Origin: Octopus vulgaris
Lineage: Eukaryota
Assembly: GCA_951406725.2 (NCBI GenBank)
Contig: OX597814.1
Coordinates: forward strand, 62,372,001 to 62,436,000
Direction of reading: 5' to 3'
DNA length: 64,000 nt
The notes under the pieces: model-generated
Databases searched by the model: none
Seen by the model: the letters and a program-made list of their open reading frames with translations, nothing else
What the model was told of the DNA's origin: nothing
Shown here: in pieces, positions 14,200-27,870 of the stretch
Numbering within the stretch: the first letter of the stretch is position 1
How the letters are laid out: every line of letters starts with the position of its first letter
Translations under genes and position numbers: made by a program

Positions 14200-15700
14200 A
14201 CGGTTTGATGACCGTGTCCTGCATAGTTATCGGCTGCCCTTTGGTAAGACATAGTATCCGTTCAGCCACCCTGCCAGAGTTACGGCGAAGTCATGGGACT
14301 GCAGCATGGCGGTTTGTGAAGAGGTAGAGCAAGATCTCAACTGAGCCAACGGTGTTTCTTACATTGATACTGAGCGGAGGAATCCTAGAAGATCAATGGT
14401 CAGGATCACCAAGCTCTATTAAGAGAGTAAGTGCAACACATCCATAGGGGCGCCGTCTATGGTTGTGCAATCAGCTAATGAAAGATTCACTATGATTCAA
14501 GTTCCCAATTCAAATTCATAATAATGGAATTGGATGGCAACAGAGAGTCATGGGAATTCGCGAAAGCAGCGAATAAAAAAGCAAAAACAGAAACAAAAGA
14601 CAAAAAACTCAAAACTTGTTCCTCAGGTGCATTTGGCAGAGTTCACTCTATTGCAAGTATTTGGGCAAGGATTGCCAACTCCGATCTGCAAATAGCTTCC
14701 TGACTTTTTATCAGCCTCGGAGTTCCTGAGAAAGGATCATAGATGCTTCCCTTTGTCCGCATATTAAGCGGTAAGAAAAAGTCCGGAGATATTGTGTAGA
14801 TGACTGCAACCGAGTATATACAACTAAAGACACTCATTGGACGGACGAGAGAGTTCAACCGGGTGACAGATGTATACATGCATACATATTGATTTTATAG
14901 ACGGTCGTAGTCTCACGTGGTGAAACCATCTAATAACGACTCCGTCCAGAAGGCTGGAATAATACATATAATGTGCCAGTGAAGAATGAGCGGGTAGGTT
15001 TAGAGAGAACATTTATTAATGGGTTAACTTGTGTCTGTGTGTTCGTCATGTATGCAGAATAATAGACAGGGCATCATGAGAACAAAGTCTATGTGTGTAT
15101 AGACGTGGATGTATGCGTGTGCATTAAGTACATATAAGAATAGCAATGAAGACAGTGAAAGAGTCTATAATGAGAAGTTAGACGAATGTTCATAGACACA
15201 TGAATCAGAAATACCAATTTCGTAGTCAATTGTATACGGTGATTGGAATACTGTATCAAGAAGTTGCGGTGATGATGCTGAGTCGGTGCAGTACGTGTCG
15301 TACGAAGTCTTGGCTGTAATGCTGCTGCCTGAGTCATTTCTCGCAGGTTGTATATTCGCTGTTAATCATGGTGAAGTAATTCATAAACTGTACCATGTTG
15401 GAACCTGTGCAGTGTTGCTTGAGCTGTGTACGTAGAGAGGTGATGTTGACGACGTTAAGATGATGATGGCGACGAAGACGGAGGTTCGTGATGCTGTTGG
15501 ACGGGTCATCTGGCGTTGTCGCTGGAACTGGCTGTGTCTTGTGTGGCCAGTGGCTAAATCTTAAAAGGTCTGGAATCAAAGACTTCGAGATGTGGGGAAG
15601 GTGAGCTTTTATAAGGAACAGTAGGTTCAAACGGGATTGTGAACAGGTTGTCTCACGTGATCTTATTTGGAACTCCGATTGGTTATACGCTGCAGATTGG
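14200..15700 (-). mobile_element. Degenerate Gypsy-type gag region
   Basis: IPAFWTE../RWFHHV near 14900-14965 resembles the LPPFW..WF gag N-terminus; MRTK..AQILA downstream; boundaries uncertain. Confidence 0.5.
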
Positions 15701-15839
15701 CGTGACAGAGTAAGAAATAAATTGCGCCGATGCCAACCAATCAGAGTCCAAATAGCGACCGAAGGCTAGCTGTTATCTGCTACGTTCGAGTGTACGTATA
15801 TATAATAAAGAGGAGAGGAATTTCACAGAGTGTACGCTA

Positions 15840-16037
15840 CAGTTTCAAATTTTTGTACAAGCCAGCAATTTCGGGGAGAAAGTTGGTTACATCGACCCCA
15901 GTGATCAACTTATTTTATCAATCCCGAAAGGATGAAAGGCAAAGCCGATCTCAGTGGAATTTGAACTCAGAACGTAAAGACGGACGAAAGGCCGCAAAGC
16001 ATTTCGCCCGGCGTGCTAGCGATTCTGCTAGCTCGCG
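15840..16037 (-). mobile_element. tRNA-derived SINE (family A)
   Basis: Matches other family A copies. Confidence 0.85.
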
Positions 16038-16328
16038 TACATACTGTATACATAAACAAACTGTTACTGTTGTTTAACTCTAGGTTAGCTTTGACCGAGC
16101 AGCTATGACCATCCCTCTTTGTCATTTTGTTTAGAGTTAACTGGTGTAAGAATTAGAAGTTGTGTGAAAATAATGGTTCTTTTGTGAGCTTTAGCTGCGA
16201 TAAAATTTCACGTATTATTAACTTCTGGAAAGAATAGTTTCCTTCTATTTCACTCGTTAGTGATATTAGTATAAAGAACAAATCTATAATGTATACAACG
16301 CCCTTGTAACTCATAGGATACTCTTCGC

Positions 16329-16329
<1 letters not shown>

Positions 16330-16369
<40 letters not shown>

Positions 16370-16590
16370 AGACACACACACACATACACACACACACACA
16401 CATGTATATTTGTGAATGTATGGATCAATGTATATATATAAATGTTTGTGTGTGTGTGTATGCATTTATGTATGTATGCATGTATGTATGTATGTATGCA
16501 TGTATGTATGTATGTATGTATGTATGTATGTATGTATGTATGTATGTGTGTGTGTATGTATGTATGTATGTATGTATGTATGTATGTATG

Positions 16591-16643
<53 letters not shown>
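16330..16643. repeat. Compound (CA)n/(TATG)n/(TA)n microsatellite
   Basis: Directly visible. Confidence 0.95.
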
Positions 16644-16647
<4 letters not shown>

Positions 16648-16653
16648 GACATA

Positions 16654-17877
16654 CAAGAAGTAAATAGACACCTTTAATTTTCAAAATTTCTGATCTAAGC
16701 GTCTTAATATGTTTTCGGCGGTGTAGAGTTTACAATGTAATTATTCTTTTTCCTTCCAGGTGCCATTATATTAAACATTTGTGAAGAGTAACCATGCCAC
16801 GCATAAAAAAATTCAGCAGAACTATCAGATTTTCAAAGAGGTCATATTGTTGGGCAATCTGAGGCTGGTCTTAGCCAGCGAAAAATTGCCGAAAATCTTC
16901 AAATTCCTCTTGCTACTATTAATAGAATTATAGCGCAATTCAAAAGCCAAGGAAAAGAATCAACAGATTCTCGTCCCGGCCGACCTGGGCCCTCGGAAAG
17001 GAAGCTTCGCTGTTTGAAGAGAATTGTGGAAAACTAACCCCGTTCGAAGGCTTCTGACATTGCAAAACAGCTGGAGATTAGTCCAAGAACGTGTGTTACA
17101 TACCTGTATAAGCTAGGGTATTATGGACGAAGAGCTAGAAGACAACCTCTCCTTCAACCAATTAATATCACGAAAAGAAAGAAATGGGCTAAGGAGATGT
17201 CAGAAAAATCCAGTTCATTTTGGGATAGAATGATTTTCTCAGATGAATCCAGATTTGCATTATTTTCAAACAGTGGACGTGTTTGGGTCTGGAGGCTTCC
17301 CAATCAAGAATTTGATTTGAAACAACTCCAATCAACTGTGAAACATGGCGGTATCTCTGTAATGGTATGGGGAGATGTCACTAGCAATATTCGTTCTGAG
17401 TTGATCGAATGTGTTGGAACAATACATCGAAATACTTAAGCAATGACTACTTCCGATGTATTCACACGATAACATAACGAAAAATGAGTTTTTATTCATG
17501 GAAGATGGGGCTCCATGCAACATAGCGAAAAGGAATCAACAATAGCTGACTGAAAATGGGATCAAAAAGCTTCCTTGGCCGAGCCAGTCTCCTGACATGA
17601 ACCCAATTGAAAATCTTTGGAGCATATTAGATAGAGCTATAGGAAAAACTAAATCTAAAGATGAATTGTTTCGATTGTTGCGTGATAAGTGGGCAGAAAT
17701 TCCACTAGAGACAATCACAGAGCTCATCAGTTCAATGCCAAAAAGAGTTTCTGAATTAAAAACTATAAAGGGAATGTCAACTAAATACTAAAGTGTGTAG
17801 TCCTACCTATCGATTACATTTCAATTGTTCGCTTTGTGTATTAAATAAAAGGTTTTGAAAAGGTGTCTATTTACTTC

Positions 17878-17880
<3 letters not shown>
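16654..17880 (+). mobile_element. Full-length Tc1 (DD34E) transposon with disrupted transposase
   Basis: 22-bp TIRs CAAGAAGTAAATAGACACCTTT / AAAGGTGTCTATTTACTTCCTG (1 mismatch), TA on both sides; [50 protein letters not shown]; several stops and frameshifts. Confidence 0.97.
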
Positions 17881-17937
<57 letters not shown>

Positions 17938-17941
<4 letters not shown>

Positions 17942-18234
17942 CAAAATAAGCAATAAGGATATCCAGAGGTAATACAGTACGATCGTTTCAAGCAACTCCA
18001 TTTAATTGAACAATGAAATCATTACATCTTTATGCAGCTGAGGATTGCTCTGCATTTAAATTGATGTAATGATTGCATTGTTCAATTAAATGGAGTTACT
18101 TAAAACGATCGTACTGCATTACCTCTGGATGTCCTTGTTGCTTATTTTGATTTTAATCACCTTATTTTGAAATTGTATGGATAATACCATACTAAATTCT
18201 GGTGCCTCAACTTAAGTACCATATTCATCTGAAT

Positions 18235-18235
<1 letters not shown>
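17938..18235. repeat. Palindromic insert (about 90-bp arms) after (TA)n, probably Penelope pLTR-derived
   Basis: Arms at about 17938-18028 and 18063-18152 are reverse complements; the loop holds ATGCAG-CTGAGGA..CTGCAT. Confidence 0.7.
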
Positions 18236-18292
<57 letters not shown>

Positions 18293-18448
18293 GTCTGTCT
18301 GTATGTCTGCCTGCCTGCCTGTCTGCCTGCCTGCCTGCCTGTCTGTCTGTATGTCTGTCAGTCTGTCTGTCAGTCTGTCTGTCAGTCTGTCTGTCAGTCT
18401 GTCTGTCAGTCTGTCAGTCAGTCTGTCTGTCAGTCAGTCAGTCAGTCA

Positions 18449-18534
<86 letters not shown>

Positions 18535-18538
18535 ATAT
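18236..18538. repeat. Symmetric compound tetranucleotide microsatellite (TCTA/TCTG/CCTG/GTCA)
   Basis: Directly visible. Confidence 0.95.
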
Positions 18539-18624
18539 AGAAGGTTGAAAAGGAACACATGATTTGACATGTATAAGGGAAAAAAGTCAAGGTAGAAAAT
18601 GCTAAAATAATTTTATAAAAAGCA

Positions 18625-18666
18625 GTTTAGTACCGGTTTCAGTCATTGAGACTTTTTCAACTCTAA
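18625..18666 (-). ncRNA. Minimal hammerhead-like motif, U3-A8 core variant
   Basis: UUGAAAA-AGUC-ucaau-GACU-GAAA-CCGG-UA; palindromic stem III ACCGGU; stem I weak. Confidence 0.55.
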
Positions 18667-18837
18667 GTATACAAAACAACTAAATTTCGGAAAAATTAAA
18701 TGAAAAGTTTTTTAAATGAATATTTGCATAGTATCCAAATACAAGGGGCATTTTCCGTGTTTCTGCTTGTCTCTGTCTCTCCTGTTTACTCTTATGGGTT
18801 CGAGGTCGTTGTGAATTCTTGGCAGAGAATAATGATG

Positions 18838-18874
<37 letters not shown>

Positions 18875-18905
18875 GAAGAAGAAGAAGAAGAAGAAGAAAA
18901 GAAAG

Positions 18906-19301
18906 AATAATAAAAGAATGCGGGAGTGGTATGATAGTAGTAGGATGTTAAATGGTCAAGTGCCTTGAAAGTGTCTTATTGTGGATGGTAGTAGTGATTG
19001 AATTCTTGAGATATCTCTTTTGAATGTATTGTTTTTAATATTTGCGTAGGTGTCATTTGGCCATTTAACATCCTTCTACTATCATACCACTCCCGCATTC
19101 TTTTATTATTGTTTCTCTTCTTCTCCTTCTCCTTCTTCTTCGTCTTCTTCTTCCTCTCCGCCACCTCCTTCCTTACTTTACTACTATTACTTTGCGTAGT
19201 AAGAGATATCTCAAGAATTCAATCACTACTACCATCCACAAGTCACTTTCAGTGCACTTGGCCATTTAATATCCTACTACTATCATACCTCTTCCGCATT
19301 C
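18906..19301. repeat. Rearranged inverted-repeat block between (AAT)/(AAG) and (TTC)n arrays
   Basis: Segment 18906-19018 recurs inverted at 19058-19110 (part) and 19201-19301. Confidence 0.8.
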
Positions 19302-19303
19302 CG

Positions 19304-19411
19304 TTCTTCTTCTTCTTCTTCTTCTTCTTCTTCTTCTTCTTCTTCTTCTTCTTCTTCTTCTTCTTCTTCTTCTTCTTCTTCTTCTTCTTCTTCTTCTTCT
19401 TCTTCTTCTTC
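19304..19411. repeat. (TTC)n microsatellite
   Basis: Directly visible. Confidence 0.95.
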
Positions 19412-19662
19412 GTCTATAACATTGATAAGTTGGAATTACATGTTTGTTTAATAAATATAGAATTACCCTTGAAACAATGAAAGAAACATAACAAAAAAAT
19501 GGTTCAATATATTTACTCAACTAAATATGTTATCTGAGGTGTAAGTATTACTTTTCCTGGAATTTGAACTGTCCATTGTGTCTCTGTTACATTCGTGATA
19601 TAATTCACGCAACTGTTCTCTCTCTCTCTCTCTCTGTCTCTCTCCACACACACACACACACA

Positions 19663-19698
<36 letters not shown>

Positions 19699-20019
19699 TG
19701 TGTGTATGTATGTAAGACTTTTACTAGGACGAAATGCTTTTAGACTTCTTGTTTGCAAATTATGCGGCTCCATTTGTTAATTCTTTCCGAAAAGCACAAG
19801 AAGTTTTAAGCTAGTTTTCCTCATCAGCACAAGCGTTTGAACTAACAATAAACGTGAAAAAGACAGAAAATATACCAGTCAAAACTAACACTACCCAATA
19901 CATCATCAAACCAATTTCTTGTGGACAACAAACCTCTAAAGCAGTGTTTCTCAACCATTTTTCACCCTTTGATTCCTATTTTACTCGTATGGGCCCTCAT
20001 AGCCATTCTATGTTTAAAG

Positions 20020-20330
20020 TAGACTTCAGCGAGATTTGAACTCAGAACTTTAAGAACTAAAAGAAATGCCGCTAAGGACTGTCAGATTGGTGAGGATATT
20101 GCGGGATTTCGTGCGTCTTTACGTTCTGAATTTAAATTTCGCCGGCATTGATTTTGCCTTTCATCATTTCGAGGTCGACGAAATAAATACCAGTTGAGTA
20201 GTCACTAGTCTTGGCTCCTATTTACAAGTTCATCATCTAAAGAAGTGCTGCAATTGATTTTACTTTCTACAATCGACTAGTTCACTCCCGCAAAATTTCA
20301 GGCATTGTGTCTATAGTAGGAATGATTATT
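20020..20330. mobile_element. Two degenerate family A SINE fragments in opposite orientation
   Basis: GATTTGAACTCAGAAC (-) at about 20030 and TTTACGTTCTGAATTTAAATTTC..TTTGCCTTTCATC (+) at about 20120. Confidence 0.65.
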
Positions 20331-20477
20331 TAATAAATTTACTTGCTGTATGGATATATTTGCAAATGGCATACAATTTACTGTCCAATCTGTTGCATAC
20401 TTGCGCATGTTCAAATTCACATTCTTACCTATTTGCAGTTTTGTGGAATTCGTTGATGTCAACACACACACACACAC

Positions 20478-20580
<103 letters not shown>

Positions 20581-21271
20581 CATGTGGCAGATTGAGTGCG
20601 TCTGTCGCTCTTTGTATGTAAGTGTGTATGCATGGGTTTGCGCATGTGGGTAAGTGTGAGGCGTAGAGTGTATAAAATGTACGTGTGTACGTTTATGAAT
20701 GTAGATACATATGGGTGTCCATGTGTGTATGTGGGTGAGCATGTGTGTAAGTAAATGCGTGCGTGTGTATTCGTACACTCATGTATGTACGCATTTGAGT
20801 GTGTGTGTGTATGTGTCCGTGTTTACTAAGCATCCATAATTTAGTGGTTCCATAAATACGAATCGATAAAAGAAGTACAAGACTGAAATAAATAATGCGG
20901 TCGATATGATCGACTAACCCCATACATACGCCCTCGAAGTTTATCATTTAAAATATATATGAGCATGTTTAGATATGCAGCTATATGCATGAGAATACAT
21001 ACATAAAACATGCAAATCTGCACATACATACACACATACATAATACATACATACATACATACATACATACATAAATACCATCATACATACATACAAAGAA
21101 AACACCCTGTTGTTGGTGTTGAAATTCCAGTGAAGGAGCCTTGGATCTAGCTTAGAAACCGGCTCTTTCTCTATTGGCAAATCTTGAAATAAACTGAATG
21201 ACATACATACATATATACATACATACATACATACATACATACATACATACATACATACATACATACATACA

Positions 21272-21648
21272 TAAGGAAAAGATATGTTCTGCTGTGGAAA
21301 TCAGCTGCCTTCTGGACACCAATGTGCTTAGAAAAATACAAAAGAAACAGGAAATCTATGGACCATTGATAAAGGGTTTGCAAATCCAGTATCCAAGATA
21401 CACGTTCAGCTTCAAACCTATTATCAGGATACATACGAACCCATCTGGAGCAAAATGTGGCTGAATTTTGGTTCTTGGGGAGGGAACGCATACACTACAA
21501 ATGATTACAATATCTGGACTATAAAAATCTATAAGACCTTCTTAAGGTTTAAACGTTGTTAAGGAAACAAAATGTTTTCCTTTATAATCTTGCTACCAAG
21601 CAGATGGCTGGTCAAAATTTATTCTAAATTAACAAGAAAGAGAATATA
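21272..21648 (+). mobile_element. 3' end of a restriction-like-endonuclease non-LTR retrotransposon (R4/Dong-like) inside (CATA)n
   Basis: KICSAVEISCLLDTNV..KKQEIYGPLIKGLQIQYPRYTFSFKPII matches the REL C-terminal pattern (E-x-S/T-x-P-x-D..K..KY..L..PII); (CATA)n on both sides. Confidence 0.75.
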
Positions 21649-22869
21649 CCATACATACATACATACATACATACATACATACATACATACATACATACAT
21701 ACAATTACAGGCATTCGTCGAAAAATATCCGCGAAATACTTATTTATAGAAGAAACATAGAAATACATTTTAACTTAACATCGACTATTTATTTTAATGA
21801 TAAGAACAAATTAATTTTTAAATGAAATATAATTATTATTTTATTTTCATGTTATCTGAAGTGTTTATTTTAATTAGAAAATTAATATCAATACAAATAA
21901 ATTCAAATTTTATCTCGACTAATGTTTTTCATTAACTTATAATTTCACAGTGATAAGAAACAAATTATATTTTAAATTAAATACATTTATAATAAATTTG
22001 TGTGTATGTGCGTGCGCGTGCGTGTGTGTCTTTGTTGCGTATAGCATCTAACGCAGTAAACGTCTTACTTGTAACTTCTTTCATGGTAATTTCAATAATG
22101 ATTATTTCTAACATAGGCACATAATCACAACGTATACGGACCAAGTATAGTCAATTACATCCAAACAATAATTTCACTGGTACTTTTGTAATCGAGCTAT
22201 AAAGGATTAAAGGAAAACATGACCATGGTGGAATTTGATCGCAGAAGCTAAAGGGACGGAACTAAGTTCCATAGTCTATTATATTCTCCATTCTACAAAT
22301 TCATAGATAAAACATATATTTACCGTCCTCGTAGTAATCAATTCTAACACAAGCAGAACAATCAATGGACATTAGTACTTAAATGGTACTAATGGAATTA
22401 GGACTTAAACAGCCGACCTCAGTTAATTACTAGCATGTCTTTCTGAAGAACACTAACGATTTCGTGGGTTGAGTGTTTATATCATATGGCTATCGCAGAT
22501 AACTTACTCAATCCTACGTGAAATTATGTATGTACATCTATATGTTTGCATATATGTATACAGACACATACATATATACATACTTAGACATATACATATA
22601 TATCGAAGCTAATAATACGCTAAGACCATTTGTGGAATGTAGACCCTCCTTCACACTGCTCAATATACTTTTTGTTAAAAAAAGTTATCAGTACTAAATA
22701 CAAATAATTTAAGTACAGGTTACCGGCCATACACATGAAGTGTGCATGTATTTATAATTATCAAAATAGAATAAAAGAACTAGAACGGTTTATTAAAAAA
22801 TGGTAATAATACGTAATTTTATTTAAAATCAATATGAGACAGAGAATAGCAAGAAGAGAAAAATAAGAA

Positions 22870-24184
<1,315 letters not shown>

Positions 24185-24804
24185 CTAACTGAATCACCGC
24201 TCTCCGGGCGGCTTGTAAATATCTAAACTCCTGTTCGTAGTTTGAAAGTAAAAAGTAAAACTTATAATTTTCTTAAAGAATTTCTTTATAGACAACGTTG
24301 TCAGTGTGGATTCCTTTTATACCCTTATACCCTGAGTTCAAAACCAATATATGCACATTGTTCTTAGAACCAAACAGGGCCCCCCGCTATCTCAGTCCGC
24401 TTCGGGTTGGTTGTCATTGTGAGGAAGTAGTATGGTTTTCCAAACTCTCTCACCAGAGCCATTACAGCTTGGAAGCACTCTCTGTAAAACCGAGAAGCAG
24501 TATGTGATGGCGGAAGAATGATTTTAGACTCTACGTCATTCATGTCACCATTTGCAATAGCATCCAGAAGGCCTTGATACTTTTCAGCCTTAAGCTGTTT
24601 CTGATGAGTTCTCAGGGAGTGGAATCGATCTTACTCTATCTTTGTATATTGATCTACTGCATACTGTTGTATCAGACGTCTCCTTTTTATTATGCCATTG
24701 AACTCGTCCTTTCTTATCTGAAGCCGATAAGAATAAAAGTCACATTCAGTGATGTTTTTGCTTCGGTCATTGTCTTTCAAGAGCACATTCCAGCCATCTG
24801 GCCC

Positions 24805-25419
24805 TTAGGGAAACAGAAGTGCATAATAAAGAAAGTCATAGCTTCTGTGGATTTCACTAATGTAGTCTAACTTCCCATTGCTCTCTCTGTATTGCACAAC
24901 AACATCCGCAGGTTTGATGTTTGGATTATTGGTCTCATCTCCCACCATGATCACAGCAACTTCTGATGCAGTCGGTGGATTATAGGTTCTCTCATGTGAC
25001 CCAGCAAGAATAAGCCGTTTGTCATGACTTGTAATAATATCACCGGTAGAATATTTTCCTTGTGCAGAGTATTCCTTAATTATATCAATAGCCTGTTTAA
25101 AACTTTTGACATATGGATTGTGCATATGCAGTGCTCTCTGCACGTATAGCGGGTTATTCTCATTAAGGTCATTGTCAGCTCCTTTGAATGACAACCTGTT
25201 TCTCATCTCATTTTCAGTGTCAACGAAATATAGCTGTGCGTAGACTGGCTTCCTATTTACTGCTGGTAGGAGACTTCCTATGCGGTGATACAACTTTTCT
25301 TGAATCTTGAAAGTAGGCATAAAAGTGCTACCACCCTGTGGTCCAACTGGTGGATTATTCAGTCCAAGAGAAGCCATAGCCAGTAAATTATTGTAGTCAC
25401 GAATTTTGTTCAGAAACAT
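24805..25419 (-). pseudogene. Helitron Rep/helicase ORF fragment (204 aa)
   Basis: Conserved Helitron motifs upstream of the Helitron_like_N domain; flanked by stops and frameshifts. Confidence 0.9.
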
Positions 25420-26274
25420 TTGACCGCACAGATTAACATCATAGTACTTAGCTATTAATTCTAGGGCCTTTTTTTATCTGTGGAATTTTGTCATTGTTAC
25501 TTTTACCTTTTCCACAGCAGAGGGTGGTTTTATCAGTACCTCAAAGGTAAGCATTGCAGTCAGGGCATATTCTGTTAAAAATGTTTCCACAGTAGTGCAA
25601 CATAAGGCTTGGGTTTCGTTCTTTCTCATGAGAATCTGCTGCATCAACTTCTATAGCCATTCTCTCAGTGTCAGTTCTTTGCTGACGAAGTCTCGATTAG
25701 TATCATGTCTGGCTGTTTGCTTGTCGCTGCTGAATTTGTGGCAGCAACGTGTTTTCCTTAGAGTCCTGTTTCCTCAGTCAATCAGTATTTGTCTACGCTT
25801 CTGTTTCTTGTGGTGCTTCCATTGCACGGCTTTTCTGTGTTCTATTCCGATTCTCATTCCTGTGCTTCTGAATCTTCTGGTCTTTCCATTGCACGGGTTT
25901 CCTGTCTCCTCAGCTGATCTGCATTTCTCCGTGCCTCTGTTTCTTCTGGTGTTTCCATTGCACGGGTTTCTTGAATTCGCCTTCGCTTTATTTCGTGACA
26001 CCGGGGAAAGCTACGCCCTTGTCTGTTTTCTTCAATTTGCATCTGTTGTCTTTACTCAGCAATCTTTTGTGAACGGGAATTTTTCGGGACAGGTTGTTGC
26101 CCTTTCTTTTTCTGGGCATAGTGTACTGTTGAAAGCGTGAATATTTATGACAATTATACAGAGAAAGTTTTGAGACGATTCAGCTAGTATTTGAGCTAAT
26201 TACTCTGAACAGGAAATTTTCACGGTATTAATTGTAAATATTTACCTTGGGTATTTATTTACAATTACACGATT

Positions 26275-26661
26275 CTCGTTAAACACTATTTTAAAGTGCA
26301 ATTATTATGTTGTTGAATTGCTCTAAACGAATTTGACCATAAAAATGTCGGAAATTTAGTATTTTTTAAGGCAATAATAAAATTAGTCGAACCTATTTTC
26401 ATGCAGTCGAATGCGTAAAGTTTCCGAAATTTTCATACTTCTTACGTCAGCTATTTCAGAATTCTACGCATGCGTGAAATATCAGACGACAGTACATTCA
26501 ATAACATTCATACACGCAGCGAAGTAAACAGACATAAGAATAGACCTGGCAAATTTTATTGATATCTTACAAAATACTAAATTTCCTGCATTTTTATGGT
26601 CAAATTCGTTTAGAGCAAGTCAATAACATAAAAATCGCATTTTAAGATAGTGTTTAGCGAG
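26275..26661. repeat. About 90-bp inverted repeats (MITE-like) in the Helitron 5' region
   Basis: 26275-26365 vs 26571-26661 are reverse complements with scattered mismatches. Confidence 0.8.
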
Positions 26662-26779
26662 TATGGTGTAGTTGTAATTTTTATCGAAGACTGACAGTAT
26701 TTTTTTTCAAAATGACACCGATAGAAACATTGGAAAGAACGCAATCGGTTAAGAAAGAATGAAGTAAGAGAAGTAGGAA

Positions 26780-26842
<63 letters not shown>

Positions 26843-27299
26843 TTATGAGAAGTAACATTGTACATTGTATGAGAGAGTGAGTTCAATACGTAATATATAT
26901 GTGAGAGGGAAACATCAAATTAACTCTCAAGGAGACATGGAAAAGTGCGCAACCGGTTAAGAGAGATTGGGTTATGAGAGGTATCATTCTCTACAATTCT
27001 GTCAATTACCACTCCTCACACTACAGCTCTCAATAAGAGAAAGAGGTAATAAGCATGAGGAATAGTAGGAGAGTCACTGAATAGTGAGAGAGGGGTAATT
27101 CGTTTTGTTGGATTTTACCAGTCTGGAACCGAACCGGTTAATTTTCGTGAATCCCATGTAGATGTTGACACTCTTCCGGTACCCACTCTCCAGTGATTGC
27201 GGAGGAGTTTGCTGACAAAATTTTGACACAGACACACATAGAGACGTAAATAGCGCAATTATAATACATACATACATACACACACATATACATACATAC

Positions 27300-27330
<31 letters not shown>

Positions 27331-27424
27331 TGTATGTATGTATGTATGTATGTATGTATGTATGTATGTATGTATGTATGTATGTATGTATGTATGTATG
27401 TATGCATGCATGCATGCATGTATG

Positions 27425-27471
<47 letters not shown>

Positions 27472-27870
27472 ATAATATATATCAGAGGCATATTAGAGTC
27501 ATTATCGTATGCTTGGCCCGCACAATCTTTAAAGTTTATATTGGTTTATTGTTATGGGGATAATCTTAATAATAGAATACTCCACCCACGTAAGGAGTGG
27601 TATGTGGTAGTCATTATAAATACTGTCAGTCATTGTCAGTATAAGTAGAGAGTACGGGAGTAAACGGTCATAGATAGTCGTGGTCTTACTTGTCTAACTA
27701 ACTATACCGCTATACCGGAGTGGGCGTCATAACAGTCCGACAGAAGATTGCAACAGTGGCGACGAAGAATTAACAAACTCACAAACTTCTACGGTATATC
27801 GAATCGTAAAATCATGGAAAAATTGTTCACCGATTAGCTCGAGTTGCAAAAACAGCAACAACAGCAGCTG

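Larger units (their letters stand above)
24185..27270 (-). mobile_element. Internally deleted Helitron with Rep N-terminal coding remnant
   Basis: MPRKRK start at about 26120, CxxC..CC zinc-finger remnant, ORF 24805-25419 (FLNKIRDYN, YAQLYFVD, YNPPTASEVA, SYDFLYYALLFP), then LIQQYAVDQYTKIE..ILPPSH; 3' GC hairpin CCGC/GCGG followed by TTAG|T at 24185; 5' end approximate. Confidence 0.88.

Noticed and set aside
16153-16684. Long ORFs with YIHT/CVCV/MYVC repeats here and at many other loci
   Set aside because: Translations of stop-free microsatellites, not genes
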